The translations under genes and the position numbers were made by a program. From NCBI GenBank assembly GCA_951406725.2, contig OX597831.1, forward strand, positions 70,804,001-70,868,000: a stretch of 64,000 bases of DNA, read 5' to 3'. This document shows positions 14,731 to 28,152 of the stretch, one piece after another. Within the stretch, counting starts at the first letter, position 1; each line of letters opens with the position of its first letter. The notes under the pieces are model-generated. The model saw only the letters and a list, made by a program, of their open reading frames with translations. It was not told the origin of the DNA and ran no database searches. This DNA is from Octopus vulgaris (taxonomy: Eukaryota).

Positions 14731-15105
14731 TATGCCTGTGCTAGTAGAGTGCCAAGTGCACCATCCGAGCGTGATCGTTGCCAGGGCAGCTAATTGACTT
14801 CCGTACCCATGGCACATAAAAGGGCACCATTCGAGTGTGATCGTTACCAACGTCGCTTCACTGGCACATGTAAAAAGATTCAAGCGAGGTCGTTGCCAGT
14901 GCCGCCTGACTGGCCTCCATGCCGGTGGCACATAAAAAGCACCCACTACACTCTCAGAGTGGTTGGCGTTAGGAAGGGCATCTAACTGTAGAAATTCTGC
15001 CAGATCAAGACTGGAGCCTGGTGCAGTCATCTAGTTCGCCAATCCTCAGTCAAAATTGTCCAACCCATGCTAGCATGGAAAGCGGACGTTAAACGATGAT
15101 GATGA
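14731..15105 (+). mobile_element. SINE/LINE-tail family C ending in (GAT)n
   Basis: GGTTGGCGTTAGGAAGGGCATC..AACCCATGCTAGCATGGAAAGCGGACGTTAAACGATGATG. Other copies lie at 30075-30350(-), 30362-30560(-), 40146-40326(-), 49245-49408(+) and ~61645-61860(-). Confidence 0.8.
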
Positions 15106-15512
15106 TAATCATCATCATCATCCCCATTTGGTCACCATATTATCACCCAACATTCTTCAATGCCCACCTAGATTTTTCCCCTGTCCCTAGGGAGGTAGTA
15201 CCAACCACTTTGGGAACCACTGTTTTACACTGAAAAATATACATACACAGGGTTTACAAACAGAAAAAAAGTAGCACTCAATACATTGTGTACAATATTA
15301 TTATTATTAAATCTGGAAACACTTTAGATATTACTCGAGTTACTCTGGGGTCTCAGGTTTCTTTGTCAAGGGATTAGGTGTGACAGATAGAACGGAAAAC
15401 GATGAGAAAACTAGGGTTAGGCAATTCTTATACATGAAATACAAGCCATGAAAGTAACTTCTGACTTGTTTTCAGCTCCAAACAATATACTTACATTCAT
15501 ACACACATATTC

Positions 15513-15543
<31 letters not shown>

Positions 15544-15700
15544 AATGTATATGCGTGTGTGTGTGTTCATATATGTTCATGTGTGTGTGATAAAATATAT
15601 AATCGGTCTATCCATTTTATTTAAGCCACTTCTTTGGACATAATCTTTATTGTGAAGCAGTGGAACAAATTGCTCTAAAAGCACCAGTGCAGTGTGTGTA

Positions 15701-15785
<85 letters not shown>

Positions 15786-16421
15786 GAATGACAAAGATTT
15801 TTATTACTGTAGGGAAAAGGATGAAGACAAAGGAAGCAGGGTGTGAATGGTTTCAACACCATCTAAAGAGATATAACTGAAAATTGAACATTACTTTGCT
15901 CCACTGCTTCACTGATTCTGCCAATCCAAGCATGGCTTCTTCATTTAAAATGTTTCAAAATAAACAGCACAATACAATATTACAAAAAAAAAAAAAGCTA
16001 ACATAAGCAAGTGATGCACATATAAAGAAATAATTATACATACTACAATCTTTCTCATTATCTAAGTATCTATCTTTCTGTCTCGTCATTTTTTTTCATC
16101 TAATCTTTCCATGTTTGCATAGCTGGGACTGATCTTTCTCAGCACAGCATCTTGCCACTTATTACAGTTTTTTTACCATCTTCTTCATGAGCTTTAGATT
16201 CTCAAGATCTGTATTTTTTCATGTGTTTTTCATGATCTAGCTTTTCTGCAGGTTTTTTTTTCCATACCTAATCACATACACACATGTACAATTAATCCAT
16301 AATGATTATATATTTTGTCAGACTAACGATTATGGATTAAAAGTTTATTCATTCTCAGACTTATCTTTGAGTTCTTTATTCTACATAGCCAGACATATCT
16401 TCTTTGAACTTATTACCGCTG

Positions 16422-16473
<52 letters not shown>

Positions 16474-16583
16474 ATATATATATATATATATATACGCATA
16501 TATAAACCCCACTCCTACACAAATGCACACACCATTGTATATAATGTGCATATATGAATATTTTATGTATATATATATATCGA

Positions 16584-16640
<57 letters not shown>

Positions 16641-16643
16641 ATG

Positions 16644-16676
<33 letters not shown>

Positions 16677-16974
16677 GTATATATGTATGTATGCTTATAT
16701 ATGTCTATGTATGTATATATATACATACATATACATATATGTATATATTCCCTCTTTCTCTCTTTCAGAGAGGCACTGAGCACCTACATGCACATATACA
16801 CACACGGCAGTAAATTCCACCTAACGAATTCAATCACAAAGCTTCGGTCAGCTCGGGGCTATAGCAGAAGACACCAAACCAAAGTGCCACGCAGTGGGAC
16901 TGAACCTGAAACCATGTAGTAGGAATCAAGCTCCCTAACCACACAGCCATTAAATTAATAATAGTATACATATG

Positions 16975-17680
16975 TATATAATTATATTAATTATTATATT
17001 AAGGGAGCAAGGGCAAAACGATCTAACTGCAGCATGCTTGAAGTGCCGATACCTTCAAAAAACTTCCCAAAACTCCCAAAAACGGGCTAGTGAAAGAATA
17101 TTAAAAAAGACCTCACGTTAATAGTAAATTGGTTCCAAATCCTGGATTAAAACCAGAAATAAACTTTCTTCCTTCATCAACACAATACACAGGCTCATTA
17201 ACGTGATTTTTATCCTTAAATTCTATTATGAATTAATAAATAAAATAAAATAAAAATAATTATTTTTTGCTCCTGACCAGAATAGCATTTACTGTTTGGC
17301 TATTCATATAATATACACATTAGCTGTCATGAGGGGATTTGAAATTGACTTATCGTAGATCTATATGTGCAAATATTTGTATGTAGACGCGGGAACCTGC
17401 TTTGGATGGTGTGTACAATTATTTTGGATTTATATTTCCCCTCTGTATTGTGTTGACGAAGAAAAAAAGCCTATTTTTGGCTTTAATCCAGAATTTGGAA
17501 CCAGTTCACAATTAACATGAGGTCTTTTTTAATATTCTTTCACTAGCCCGCTTTCAGCCATGTCTATATTTATCTGGAGTTTTTGGTAGTTTTTTGAAAG
17601 TATCGGCATATCAAGCATGCTGGAGATAGGTCGTTTTTGCCCTCTCTACCTGAATATAATTATAATTTAATGTATAAATT
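16975..17680. mobile_element. Inverted-arm element (arms ~16975-17193 and ~17440-17680), each arm with an outward-reading degenerate hammerhead
   Basis: The arms are diverged reverse complements. The right arm at 17447-17512 reads attgtg-TTGACGA...GGAA-ccag-TT-cacaat. Confidence 0.7.
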
Positions 17681-17728
17681 GCCTATAAATTTTTATATCG
17701 TGCTGAATACCTGATAAAAATCATTAAC

Positions 17729-17742
17729 ATGATTTTTATCCT

Positions 17743-17774
<32 letters not shown>

Positions 17775-18424
17775 AATATAGAAATATAATAAAAGGCTCC
17801 CAAATAAGGAAGCTTAGTGCTAGAGACACAAAGAGGGATAAATTCTTGGAGAGAATGAAAATCAAAAACATTTACCATTAACGATATATCCCGAACTGAT
17901 CAGTTCCTACCTCTTTCTAGCAAAACAGACAGAATATGTTTGCCAAGGCAAGGTTCGTCAGCGGGACGCCTTTGCTAATTCTAGATGCACAGAGCATTAG
18001 ACCATGTGTCGATCTAACAATTTGTATATCTTAACTTTTCAAACTTCTGCACAGACACAAAATATACCCGGCAACATAGGGCATGCCGGTAAAAAATTTT
18101 ACAAACAAATTTATCAAGTAATATGTGAAGTTTGAAAAGTTAAGATATACAAATTGTTAGACTGACATGTGCTCTAACGCTCTGTGCATCTAGAATTAGG
18201 AAGGCGTCCTGCTGACGAACCTTGCCTTGGCAAACATATTCTGTCTGTTTTGCTAGAAAGAGGTAGAAACTGATCAGTTTGGGATATATCGTTAATGGTA
18301 AATGTTTTTGATTTTCATTCTCTCCATGAATTTATCCCTCTTTGTGTCTCTAGCACTAAGCTTCCTTATTTGGGAGCCTTTTATTATATTTCTATATTTA
18401 TATATATATAAGGATAAAAATCAT
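17729..18424. mobile_element. Inverted-arm element (arms 17729-18047 and 18127-18424) with a hammerhead in each arm
   Basis: Near-identical reverse-complement arms around an ~80-bp spacer, with ends in (TA)n. Confidence 0.85.
18207..18284 (+). ncRNA. Type I hammerhead ribozyme (mirror copy at 17889-17966 on the minus strand)
   Basis: tcctg-CTGACGA-acct...aggt-a-GAAA-ctgatcag-TT-tggga, with a palindromic stem III. The mirror copy has a perfect stem I (tcccg/cggga) but GGAA in place of GAAA. Confidence 0.75.
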
Positions 18425-19058
18425 ATATATATATATATTGCAAAAAACAGCATACCATATTGACTTGACACCCCTAATTGCCAGCTGTACCTCTGCAAAA
18501 AGCTGTGTATCGGCTACCAGCCTGCAGTATCCATCAACAAGAAATATGAAGTATTGTACAGCTGTCACCAGAGGTACCCCCTACTGATAGATTTCAAGCA
18601 ACTGGCCACTGACAACCCGGATATACCCCCATGAACAGCACTGCAAATCACGAATCCCCAACACTTCCCCAAGCCTGTTTACCCACATACTCTCACCCCT
18701 TGTACATCACTCCATGTGTGATGAGTATGTGTGTGAGTATGTGTATCCATGCACACATGGATGTGTGAATGTACATCTAAGCACACATACACATTCATAT
18801 AAGTACTGATGCATATATGCAGATATATTGGCATATACATGTACATATATACCCCACATCTACTGCACATCGCAACCCCCCACCCCAATCACATGACTGA
18901 TATCTTGTCCACCACACTGTCAACTTCCTTTTGAACATGTAGTATTTTCCATCTAACTGTTGTCGCTGAATTTACTGACATCAGTGTCACGTAACACTTC
19001 TTGACCAATCGTCCAGTAACAAACATTGACTGTCTTCATTTGAACTCTCACTCAGATT

Positions 19059-19105
19059 CCAATGGCTGAAGACCAGCCATGTGCTTGAAACTCAGAGTAC
19101 TAAGG
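19059..19105 (+). ncRNA. Degenerate type I hammerhead ribozyme
   Basis: tgg-CTGAAGA-ccagc catgt gctt-GAAA-ctcagag-TA-cta. The core is intact and the stems are imperfect. Confidence 0.6.
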
Positions 19106-19488
19106 ATTCTGAACCAAATTGTTTTGATCTATACATGTAACTCCCAATAAATGTGTTGAATGACCTTCTTTCATTTGTCTACTCCCTTGTTCCTTCATCA
19201 CCCCCAATTACCTTCTCTCCTAAGACTATATACATATATATATATATATATATACATATGTATATGTGCACATATATGTATATATGTGTATATATATGTA
19301 TGTGTGCATATGTATGTGTATGCGTGTATATATGTGTGTATGTGTATATATGTGCATATGTATGTATACGCGTGTATATATATGTATGTATATATATATA
19401 TATATATAGCAATAAAGGGTTTGGCAACGAATTGCCTTACCACATACCGAATTTAGAAATTAATTAATTTCACCCTTCATTATTACGG

Positions 19489-19533
<45 letters not shown>

Positions 19534-20082
19534 TATGTTTGTATGTGTGTGTATGTATTTTGTATGTATGTGTGTACATGTGTATATATTTATATGTATG
19601 TGCATACATATGCATATGTTTATGTATGTATATATATATGCATATATGTGTATTTATATGTGTGTATGTATGTATGTATATGTGTATATGTGTATATATA
19701 TATACATGTATGTATTTATGTATATATATATGTGTGTGTGTATGTGTATGTATGTGTATATGCATGTATATATTTATGTATGCGTATGTGTATTTATATA
19801 TACATGTGTATTTGTATGTGAATGTATGTGTGTAAGCGTGTGTATTTATATATGCATATATGTATTTACATGCTTATATATACATAAGTATGCGTATATA
19901 TATTTATATACACATATGTTTTTACATGTGCATATGTGTTTATATATGCATGTATATATTTATGTGTGTGTTTGTGTGTACATATGTATATTTATGTATG
20001 TGTTTATATATGCATAATTATGTATATGCTTATATGTACATGGGTATATTTATGTATGTATACTTATGTGTATTTGTATGTG

Positions 20083-20115
<33 letters not shown>

Positions 20116-20138
20116 ATGTAGGGGGATGTATGTATATG

Positions 20139-20169
<31 letters not shown>

Positions 20170-20646
20170 ATATATATATGTATGTATGTGTATGTATGTA
20201 TATATATGTGCGTATGTATGTATGCATATGTATATTCGCATGTGTATGTATGTTTTTGTATGTATATTTATTTTACATTTTTTAATGTTTTTTCATGTAT
20301 ATTTATCTATTTACTCCCTCCACCTAACAATAACAAACTGCCTACCTCTTCTTGACCAACAAAAAGCAATTGTCTTCTAATTTACCTAAAATCCCATCCC
20401 ATATATCTGTTGAAATACTATTCTTGGGGTTTCTATTCATTTATTCTATTTATTCATTTATTTATTTTCTCACTGATTGTTCTCATTTCAAAATATACTC
20501 TGGCCTTTTGACCACTCCCCTAAGAACAATAGCTTGTGCCCTGTTTATCTCCTAAATACCAACCTACCCAAAAAACGTCCCCCCTGCCACCACCACTCCA
20601 TTAAATCTGCCTACATGCATAAATACCAGAACTTATTTTGACAGCC

Positions 20647-20697
20647 AGCTTCCTGAAGATTTCATCTGAATGAAACAGTTCTAGTCCTGTAGAAGCT
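20647..20697 (+). ncRNA. Type I hammerhead ribozyme, core intact
   Basis: agcttc-CTGAAGA-t ttc atct gaa t-GAAA-cag ttctagtc ctg-TA-gaagct. Stem I has 6 bp, stem III has 4 bp, and the cleavage triplet is GUA. Confidence 0.85.
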
Positions 20698-20779
20698 CCT
20701 CTTATAAAATAAATTACTTTACTCTGGTATGTATTGAGTACCTTATCTACTGTGGTTAACCCCGACTCAACCCGGGACC

Positions 20780-20841
<62 letters not shown>

Positions 20842-21088
20842 CAGATATAGGGTAAAGAATTATTAATTTAAAAATCAATAAATTTTACCAAGTAGTTTCA
20901 GTATGGAAAGAGAACCATTATTGGTAGAAACTTTTACAAAAAATTTTTTTATATATAATTAAATATAATTAAGGGTTAAGCAACAAGTTGCTTCACCACA
21001 TACCAAAAGTTTAGAAATAGCAGCCAAAAACAGCACATTCTTTTTTACTACAGATATGACTCCACAGATAACAATATCTGTGAAGTCA

Positions 21089-22044
21089 TCTCTCTCTATA
21101 TAAACGGCAGTTTGTCTGTCTGTGTGTCTGTCTGTGTGTCTGTGTGTCTGTCAGGTTGTACCCTCACCCTGACCACGGCTTTCAACCGATTCTGATGAAA
21201 TTTGACACACACATAGCCCAATGTCATAATTCAAAACTAACGCAGCGAAAATTTTGAAAAGTTCCCCCAGTTCTGAAAAAAATCGATAAATTCGACATGG
21301 GGTCGAGAATTAGAAACACAAACCACAGATTGTCTAGGGGACGCAACTCAACCTTTTTAACTCTCAACTCCATCAATATCCAGCTACTTGAAGCTATTCC
21401 TGGTGATGTCCACGTCTACAAATCTATTGATAGGACAGCAGACCCCGCCGAGCTTGCCGATTATCCTGTTGAATTCCTGAATTCACTTGAACCGCCAGGC
21501 CTGCCGCCACACATCCTGAAGTTAAAAGTCGGTGTGCCCATTATGCTCATCAGGAATATGGTTCCACCTAAACAGTGCAACGGCACACGTCTGGTTGTGA
21601 AACATTTGCCACCACATTTAATGACGGCCACAATACTTACCCATTGTGGGAAGGGAGAGGACGTCTTCATTCCATGCATGCACCTTCAACCGTCGGGCGC
21701 TGACCTACCAATCCACTTCAGGCGTTCTCAGTTTCCTGTTAAACTCTGCTTCACTATGTCCATCAATAAATCCCAAGGCCAAACGCTACAAGTCGCTGGG
21801 TTACAGTTGGGCGAACAGTGCTTCGCCCACGGTCAACTCTACATGGGCTGTTCACGCGTTGGGAGGCACAATGACGTTTTCATGTTTTCGCCCAAAGGGA
21901 CAGCTAGGAACATCTTATACACAGAAGTATTCGAGTGAAGAGAAGACATTGCAACCTACACATGCGCCTTCGTTCCCTAGAGGGAAAGGACTAGATTGGG
22001 ATTAGTCGTTGCCTACTAGGGGCAACGCCGGGCTATGCTGCTAG
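21089..22044 (+). mobile_element. Non-autonomous (internally deleted) Helitron
   Basis: A^TC 5' end, GC-rich subterminal motif GGGCAACGCCGGGC, CTAG^T 3' end, and an internal helicase fragment. Confidence 0.9.
21364..21938 (+). pseudogene. C-terminal fragment of Helitron RepHel Pif1-family helicase
   Basis: YPVEFLNSLEPPGLPPHILKLKVGVPIMLIRN..CNGTRL..RRSQFPVKLCFTMSINKSQGQTL..FAHGQLYMGCSRV. Confidence 0.9.
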
Positions 22045-22140
22045 TATCTAATAAAAAGGAATGAGCTGTCTTTGGCTGCTATTTCTAAATTTTCGGTATG
22101 TGGTGAAGCAACTTGTTGCTTAACACCTAATTATATTTAA

Positions 22141-22180
<40 letters not shown>

Positions 22181-22744
22181 TAAAAAATAGTCAAGGTAGA
22201 AAATGCTAAAATAATTTTATAAAAAACATTTCAGTACCAGTTTTAATCATTGAGACTTTTTCAATTGTAAGTATGGAAAACAATTAAATTTTGAAAAAGG
22301 AAAGAGAAGCAGGTGAAGAAGAAGAAGAAGAAGAAGAAGAAGAAGAAGAAGAAGAAGAAGAAGAAGAAGAAGGGGGAGGGAGAGGGGGAGGAGGAGGAGG
22401 CGGGAATGCCATGATAGGATGTTAAATGGTCAAGTGCCCTGAAAGTGACTTGCTGTGGATGGTAGTAGTGATTGAATTCTTGAGACATCTCAGCAATAGT
22501 AGTAAAGTTGGAAAGGAGGTGGCAGAGAGGAAAAAGAAGAATAAGGAGAATGAGAAGGGAAAATGAGAAGGGAGTGCAGCTGGTATGATAGTAGTAGGAT
22601 GTTAAACGGTCAAGTGACCTAAATGTGACTCGTTATGGATTATAGCAGTGATTGGGACTGTTTTTTAATGAATTCTTGGGAATCTCTTGAGTGTATCATT
22701 TTTAATATTTGCGTGTGTGTTTGTGTTATTCTAAGGCCGTGGAT

Positions 22745-23146
22745 AAATCTCGTTCCATGCAACAAACAACATCACAATGATTTGAATTTTACCAGAAGAA
22801 TATTGACAGGAGATCGAAGGTTGACAGGAGAAAAATGGAAAAAAGAAAAGGAAAAGGAGAAGGAAAAAGGTAAAAGGAAAGGTTCATTTGATCTTTGGGC
22901 TTGCATTTTGCATCCTTAAGATGGCATGTATGTGTACAGTTGGTTCAGGTACTTTCATCTACTTGAAGCAACTGTACACATATGTGCCATCTTTTAAGAA
23001 TGCAAAATGTAAGCTTAAAGACCTAACAACCTTTTCCTTTATTTTTTTGCGTTTTTCTCCTGTGAAACTTCGATCTCCTGTCAATATTCCACTGGATATA
23101 GCTCAAATCATTCTGATGATGTTTGTTACATGGAATGAGATAAATG
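22745..23146. mobile_element. Foldback/palindromic element centred near 22955
   Basis: Diverged reverse-complement arms, e.g. GAATATTGACAGGAGATCGAAG versus CTTCGATCTCCTGTCAATATTC. Confidence 0.75.
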
Positions 23147-23279
23147 CAACTTTACCTCAAAAATAACAAACTGAAACAGTCTCAAATGTCATCTTAACCA
23201 TAATTAAACTATGATCATTCAATACTAATGATAAACTTCTAATTGTTACATGTTGCTCCATTTCTTCTTTTATCTTATA

Positions 23280-23590
23280 CTAGCAGTATCGCCCGGCGTT
23301 GCTCGGGTTTGTAAGGGAAATAACTATATAAGCATTTTTAGAGAGTTACTTCCCTTATATAAACCGAGCAAAAAATGCATTAAAAAAACGGAAAGATGAA
23401 GGTAAATTTTTTTTTAAATCGTAGACTCATCGTAGACACACGCTAATACCCAGAAGGGCTCGATATGAATCCCGACTATAACATACCCAATTTTGGTTAA
23501 ACTGTACCACAAAATGTGGGAGTAGTTAGGAATCTAAATCAGAGGAGACAGACTCTCACACAACTTCAGTTTTATATATAAAGATATATA
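23280..23590 (-). mobile_element. Short non-autonomous Helitron
   Basis: The minus strand ends GCAACGCCGGGCGATACTGCTAG^T and is homologous to 51664-52175. Confidence 0.85.
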
Positions 23591-23883
23591 GATATACACA
23601 AATACAAACACACATACATACAGACAGACATACACACACATACAGACAGATAGGTAGATAGATAGATAAATATACGCACACACATATATATATTTAAGCA
23701 CACACACACACACATGAAACATTAATATAAATAGCCAGGCTCAATGTGATACCATAGAGAAAAAATTCCATCTTCACTAAGTGTGATTTAAGATGTGTGT
23801 CAGTGTGTGTGTATACTCTATGCACTCTTCCTACACCATTAAAAGTATTTTAACTCTTATTTCTAGTAACACACACACACACA

Positions 23884-23919
<36 letters not shown>

Positions 23920-23950
23920 TGTATGTATGTATACATGTATACAAACATAC

Positions 23951-24004
<54 letters not shown>

Positions 24005-26031
24005 ATATATGTATGTATTTGCATAAATGCATATATTATATATATGTGTGTGTGTGTTTTTATCAATACATGTGACGCACATAGGGACAATAATATAAAC
24101 TCGTGTTTATCCCTATTTCAGATATGTGCATGCATATATGTGTGTGTGTATGTATATATATACACACACGCACACATACATACATACATATACATACATA
24201 CACACAGTGATACATCTACACACATGTGTGTGGATATGTATGCATGTGTGTGTTTGTGTGTGTTAATGCTATATATGTAGTTGTTAGTGTGTATATTTAT
24301 ATATTTAAATTAAAAGTCTAAAAGTAAATACCTCAATAAAGTGTTTGCTTAATCTGCTGTTTCTGGTTCACCTTTGCATTTTATAATTTCAAATTTCACA
24401 ATGCTAGATTATCCTTACAGAATTCATAATGTAATCTTCAGAAAAGAATGCTGTATCAAACAGCTAACCTTTTGCACATATGTTATTGTATGTTCTATTC
24501 GATATTTGTTTAATGTTATTTTATATTTATGTTTAACTGATTCGAAATTTTAGACTTAAAATGTAAATAATACTTTTTTAAAAAGCTTTTCCTTTTATTT
24601 TCAAATCATAATTCTTACATTCGTTCTCATGTTTTAAATCCTTCATAACAACTCACACAAATATTATTTTGATGTTGACAATGTATGCAATTTAGATAGA
24701 TAATATTTTAATGTTTAAAATATTCTCAAAAGCTTAAAATGTATCTTATATGAATTTTAGAATAAAATTCAATAGTGTGATCAAATAGTTTTTATTACAC
24801 ACACATAAGATTTTTTTCTGATAACATTATTTTCTTTTCCATCAGCTTTGTCTCAATTCTAGATAAAGCGCTTGAGATTGTTAAAACTGGGATGCTTGCA
24901 TTTAATGTTAATCAAAATAGGTTTAGAGAAATAGACTAAAAAATACAAAATTGTAATTCAAACTTGTATCAAAATTTCATTAAAAGAATGGTAATTTGAT
25001 TTCCAAAACAAAAAGATGTGAGGGTTCTTTTTAATTAAATTTTGCTCTAAGTTTGGATTTCTGATTTAGATCAAACCCTGTCATCACTCCTTTTGAAAAT
25101 CATCTCAATTCTAATGATTTGAAATTCCAAACCTAAAGAGGAAGCTGAAATGAAACCTTCTACTTCCAATAATCGCTGAGAATCAAATCTAAGCCCTGGA
25201 GCCAAACTTCAAATTCACAAATCCTTTAAAGTAGAGTATGCCTCACTTTGTGTCTGTTTAACAGGACCTGTGATAAAGAATGCTATTTGTTTATCTTCAT
25301 GTTAGCCTCAAAACATGCAAAGTTATGATAAAAACCATGACCATCCTCTATTAATTTTCAGACACAATATATCTAGAGATACATTATCCAATGAATCCTC
25401 CATTTTTTAAAACTGATTTAAAAGAGATTTGGTTGCTAATTCTAGCAAGGTAAACACTCACATAAAGGCTCCACTGATAGCTCGCATATCAAAGATTATA
25501 CTTTATGGTAAACTGATTTTCACACTGCATTAGACATAGGCATCAGAGATTCCGCTTTAAAGATGTCCTGAAATAGGACTTCAATGCTTTCGCTCTGAAT
25601 ATATGAGCAGAAGGCTTACAGAGAGTGACAATTTGACCTGAGGGACAGAAACCACTCTAAATCTCTATATTGAATTGTGAAAATGCATAGTAACACCACT
25701 TTCATCATTAATCCACAATAGGCAGGTTTTATTTATGACTCAAATTATATATTTATATAATTGAGATCCTCAGTTTCAGACCAATTTTTTTGAAGGTTTA
25801 AAAATATATTGTAGTATTTTGACACTTTGCTTATAATAGCGTTGCATTGCATTTCACTTCTTTTCATCTTTTAAGCTGGTTACAGATGACTGAAAAATAT
25901 TCTCCATTTCACTTTAGTGTGCACCACCTAAAAGGCTACATCTCTATTTTCAGTGACAATAAAGCATTAATGTAGCTGCCTGACCTACTCAGTGTTGCAA
26001 CCAAAGATTTCCCTTGGCAAAATTCAAACAG

Positions 26032-26072
<41 letters not shown>

Positions 26073-26761
26073 TATATATATGATGTACACCCAATTGCAT
26101 GGTTTTGCATCCAGTCCTATCATGTGGTGCCTTGGGCAAACCTATGGCTAAAAGCAGCATTAAATTAATCATCCACTACAGCATGTAATTGTTGCATATT
26201 GTGAGAGACATGAGACATGCTCTGTTAATTATTTTATTAAATTAATAAATACAAGTAGTGTCAAATATCTAGACATTTATTGACTTTCTTAGCTCTTGTT
26301 ATCAGTGTTTCTAATGACTCAGTTAATAACAGTAAATCATTGAAAGAGTAAAGTAAATAAATATAAATTGACTGATGTTGCATGTCATTATTAATTGGCA
26401 AATTTGTATGACTCTACCCAAATACAATTTCATATCTCTTTCAATACACAATTTCATATGAGATTGTTTACTGTCCTAGACAGTTTGTTCAATGTCTTGT
26501 GCAGTATCTGCATTTGCATTCATGCATATTGTTGCAACTGAGATATTACTGTATTTTTACACATCATACATTGCCAGCCCATTTCTGTTAGCAAAGGTCA
26601 TGAAAACCCTGCTTCTATCCATACAGTGGCCAATTATTGGAGACACAGTTTAAACTCAGAATACAAAGTGGCAAGAACAAATACCATTAGGTAACTTGTT
26701 TGAGGCCCTAAAACCTCCACCAAATCTTCATGCTAATGCTCCAGTAACTCTGGCAATTCAT

Positions 26762-27066
26762 CTTTATTTTTTTTTCTCCCTTTTCAAGCCCAGCCAGGCT
26801 CATGGGTCCGGTTTCCTGGTTTCTGTGGTATATGTGTTCCTCCCAGCTGGACAGGACGCCAGTCCATTGCAGCGTTACTCAAGAAAGAGTGAGAGAAAGT
26901 TGGGGTGAAAGAGTACAACAGGGATCGCCACCCCCACCCCCTGCCAGAGCCTCGTGGAGCTTTTAGGTGTTTACGCTCAATAAACACACAACACCCAGTC
27001 TGGGAATCGAAACTGCATCCTCTGACCGCGAGTCTGCTGCCCTAACCACTGGGTCATTGCGCCTCC
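26762..27066 (-). mobile_element. tRNA-derived SINE family D (V-domain-like) with 15-bp TSD
   Basis: Head GGCGCAATGACCCAGTGGTTAGG..TTTCGATTCCC and internal CTGCAATGGACTGGCGTCCTGTCCAG. The TSD ACTCTGGCAATTCAT lies at 26747-26761 and 27067-27081. Confidence 0.85.
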
Positions 27067-27350
27067 ACTCTGGCAATTCATAACTTTATAATTTCACATC
27101 AAATGATGTCATTATTTTTAAACTCTAACTTGTTTCAGACATTGGACTGCAATCAAGCTGGGCACCACTTTGAGGGTTTAGTTGAGCAAATCAACCCCAG
27201 TCCTTACTTTTAAAGTCTGGTACTTATCCTATTGGTAGCTTTTGGTGAACCACTAAGTCATAGGAATGTAAGCAAGCCAACACCTGTTGTCAACTGATAC
27301 TGATGGGACAAACACATGCACACAGATACATCTATCTATCTATCTGCTCT

Positions 27351-27620
27351 ATCGAAGTCGACTCTCGGTTACTCCATGGATCAGTGTCCTCCAGTCAGTT
27401 CTATCCTGGGCCGCTTCTTTCAGATTGGCTATGTCCATTCTGGTATCACTCTTGATGGTGTCAAGCCAGTGGGTTCTTGGTCAGCCTCTTCCTCTCTTGC
27501 CACTGACCATTCCGAGCATGATGTCTTTCTCCAGGGATTTTCTCCGCATAATATGACCGAAATATGCCAATCTATGCTTGGTGATCCTAGCTTCTAGCGA
27601 CATTTTCGGCCTGATCTGCT
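27351..27620 (-). mobile_element. RTE (BovB-like) LINE 3' fragment
   Basis: RLAYFGHIMRRKSLEKDIMLGMVSGKRGRG*PRTHWLD..AAQDRTDWR..VTESRLR. Confidence 0.85.
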
Positions 27621-27624
27621 TAAG

Positions 27625-27663
<39 letters not shown>

Positions 27664-27734
27664 AATACATATATGTATGACAAGTAAATTCAAATATCAC
27701 TTAAAAGAATTTCAGGAAAATCAGAATATATATA

Positions 27735-28152
27735 GGCGCAGGAGTGGCTGTGTGGTAAGTAGCTTGCTAACCAACCACATGGTTCTGGGTTCAGTCCCAC
27801 TGTGTGGCATCTTGGGCAAGTGTCTTCTGCTATAGCCCCGGGCCGACCAATGCCTTGTGAGTGGATTTGGTAGACGGAAACTGAAAGAAGCCTGTCGTAT
27901 ATATGTATATATATATATAAGTGTGTGTGTATATGTTTGTGCGTCTGTGTTTGTCCCCCTAGCATTGCTTGACAACCGATGCTGGTGTGTTTACGTTCCC
28001 GTCACTTAGCGGTTCGGCGAAAGAGACCGATAGAATAAGTACTGGGCTTACAAAGAATAAGTCCCGGGGTTGATTTGCTCGACTAAAGGCGGTGTTCCAG
28101 CATGGCCGCAGTCAAATGACTGAAACAAGTAAAATAGTAAAAGAGTAAAGAG
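27735..28152 (+). mobile_element. tRNA-derived SINE family A, young full-length copy
   Basis: A box TGGCTGTGTGG, B box GGTTCAGTCCC, internal (TA/TG)n and a (GTAAAAGA)n tail. It is near-identical to 37659-38090 and 59541-59953. Confidence 0.9.

Noticed and set aside
21297-21938. Host PIF1 gene
   Set aside because: It is only a C-terminal fragment, lying inside Helitron termini.
22225-22266. Minus-strand TTGAAAA-agtc..gatt-AAAA-ctggTA motif
   Set aside because: Too many core substitutions to call, although it may be an eroded HHR.
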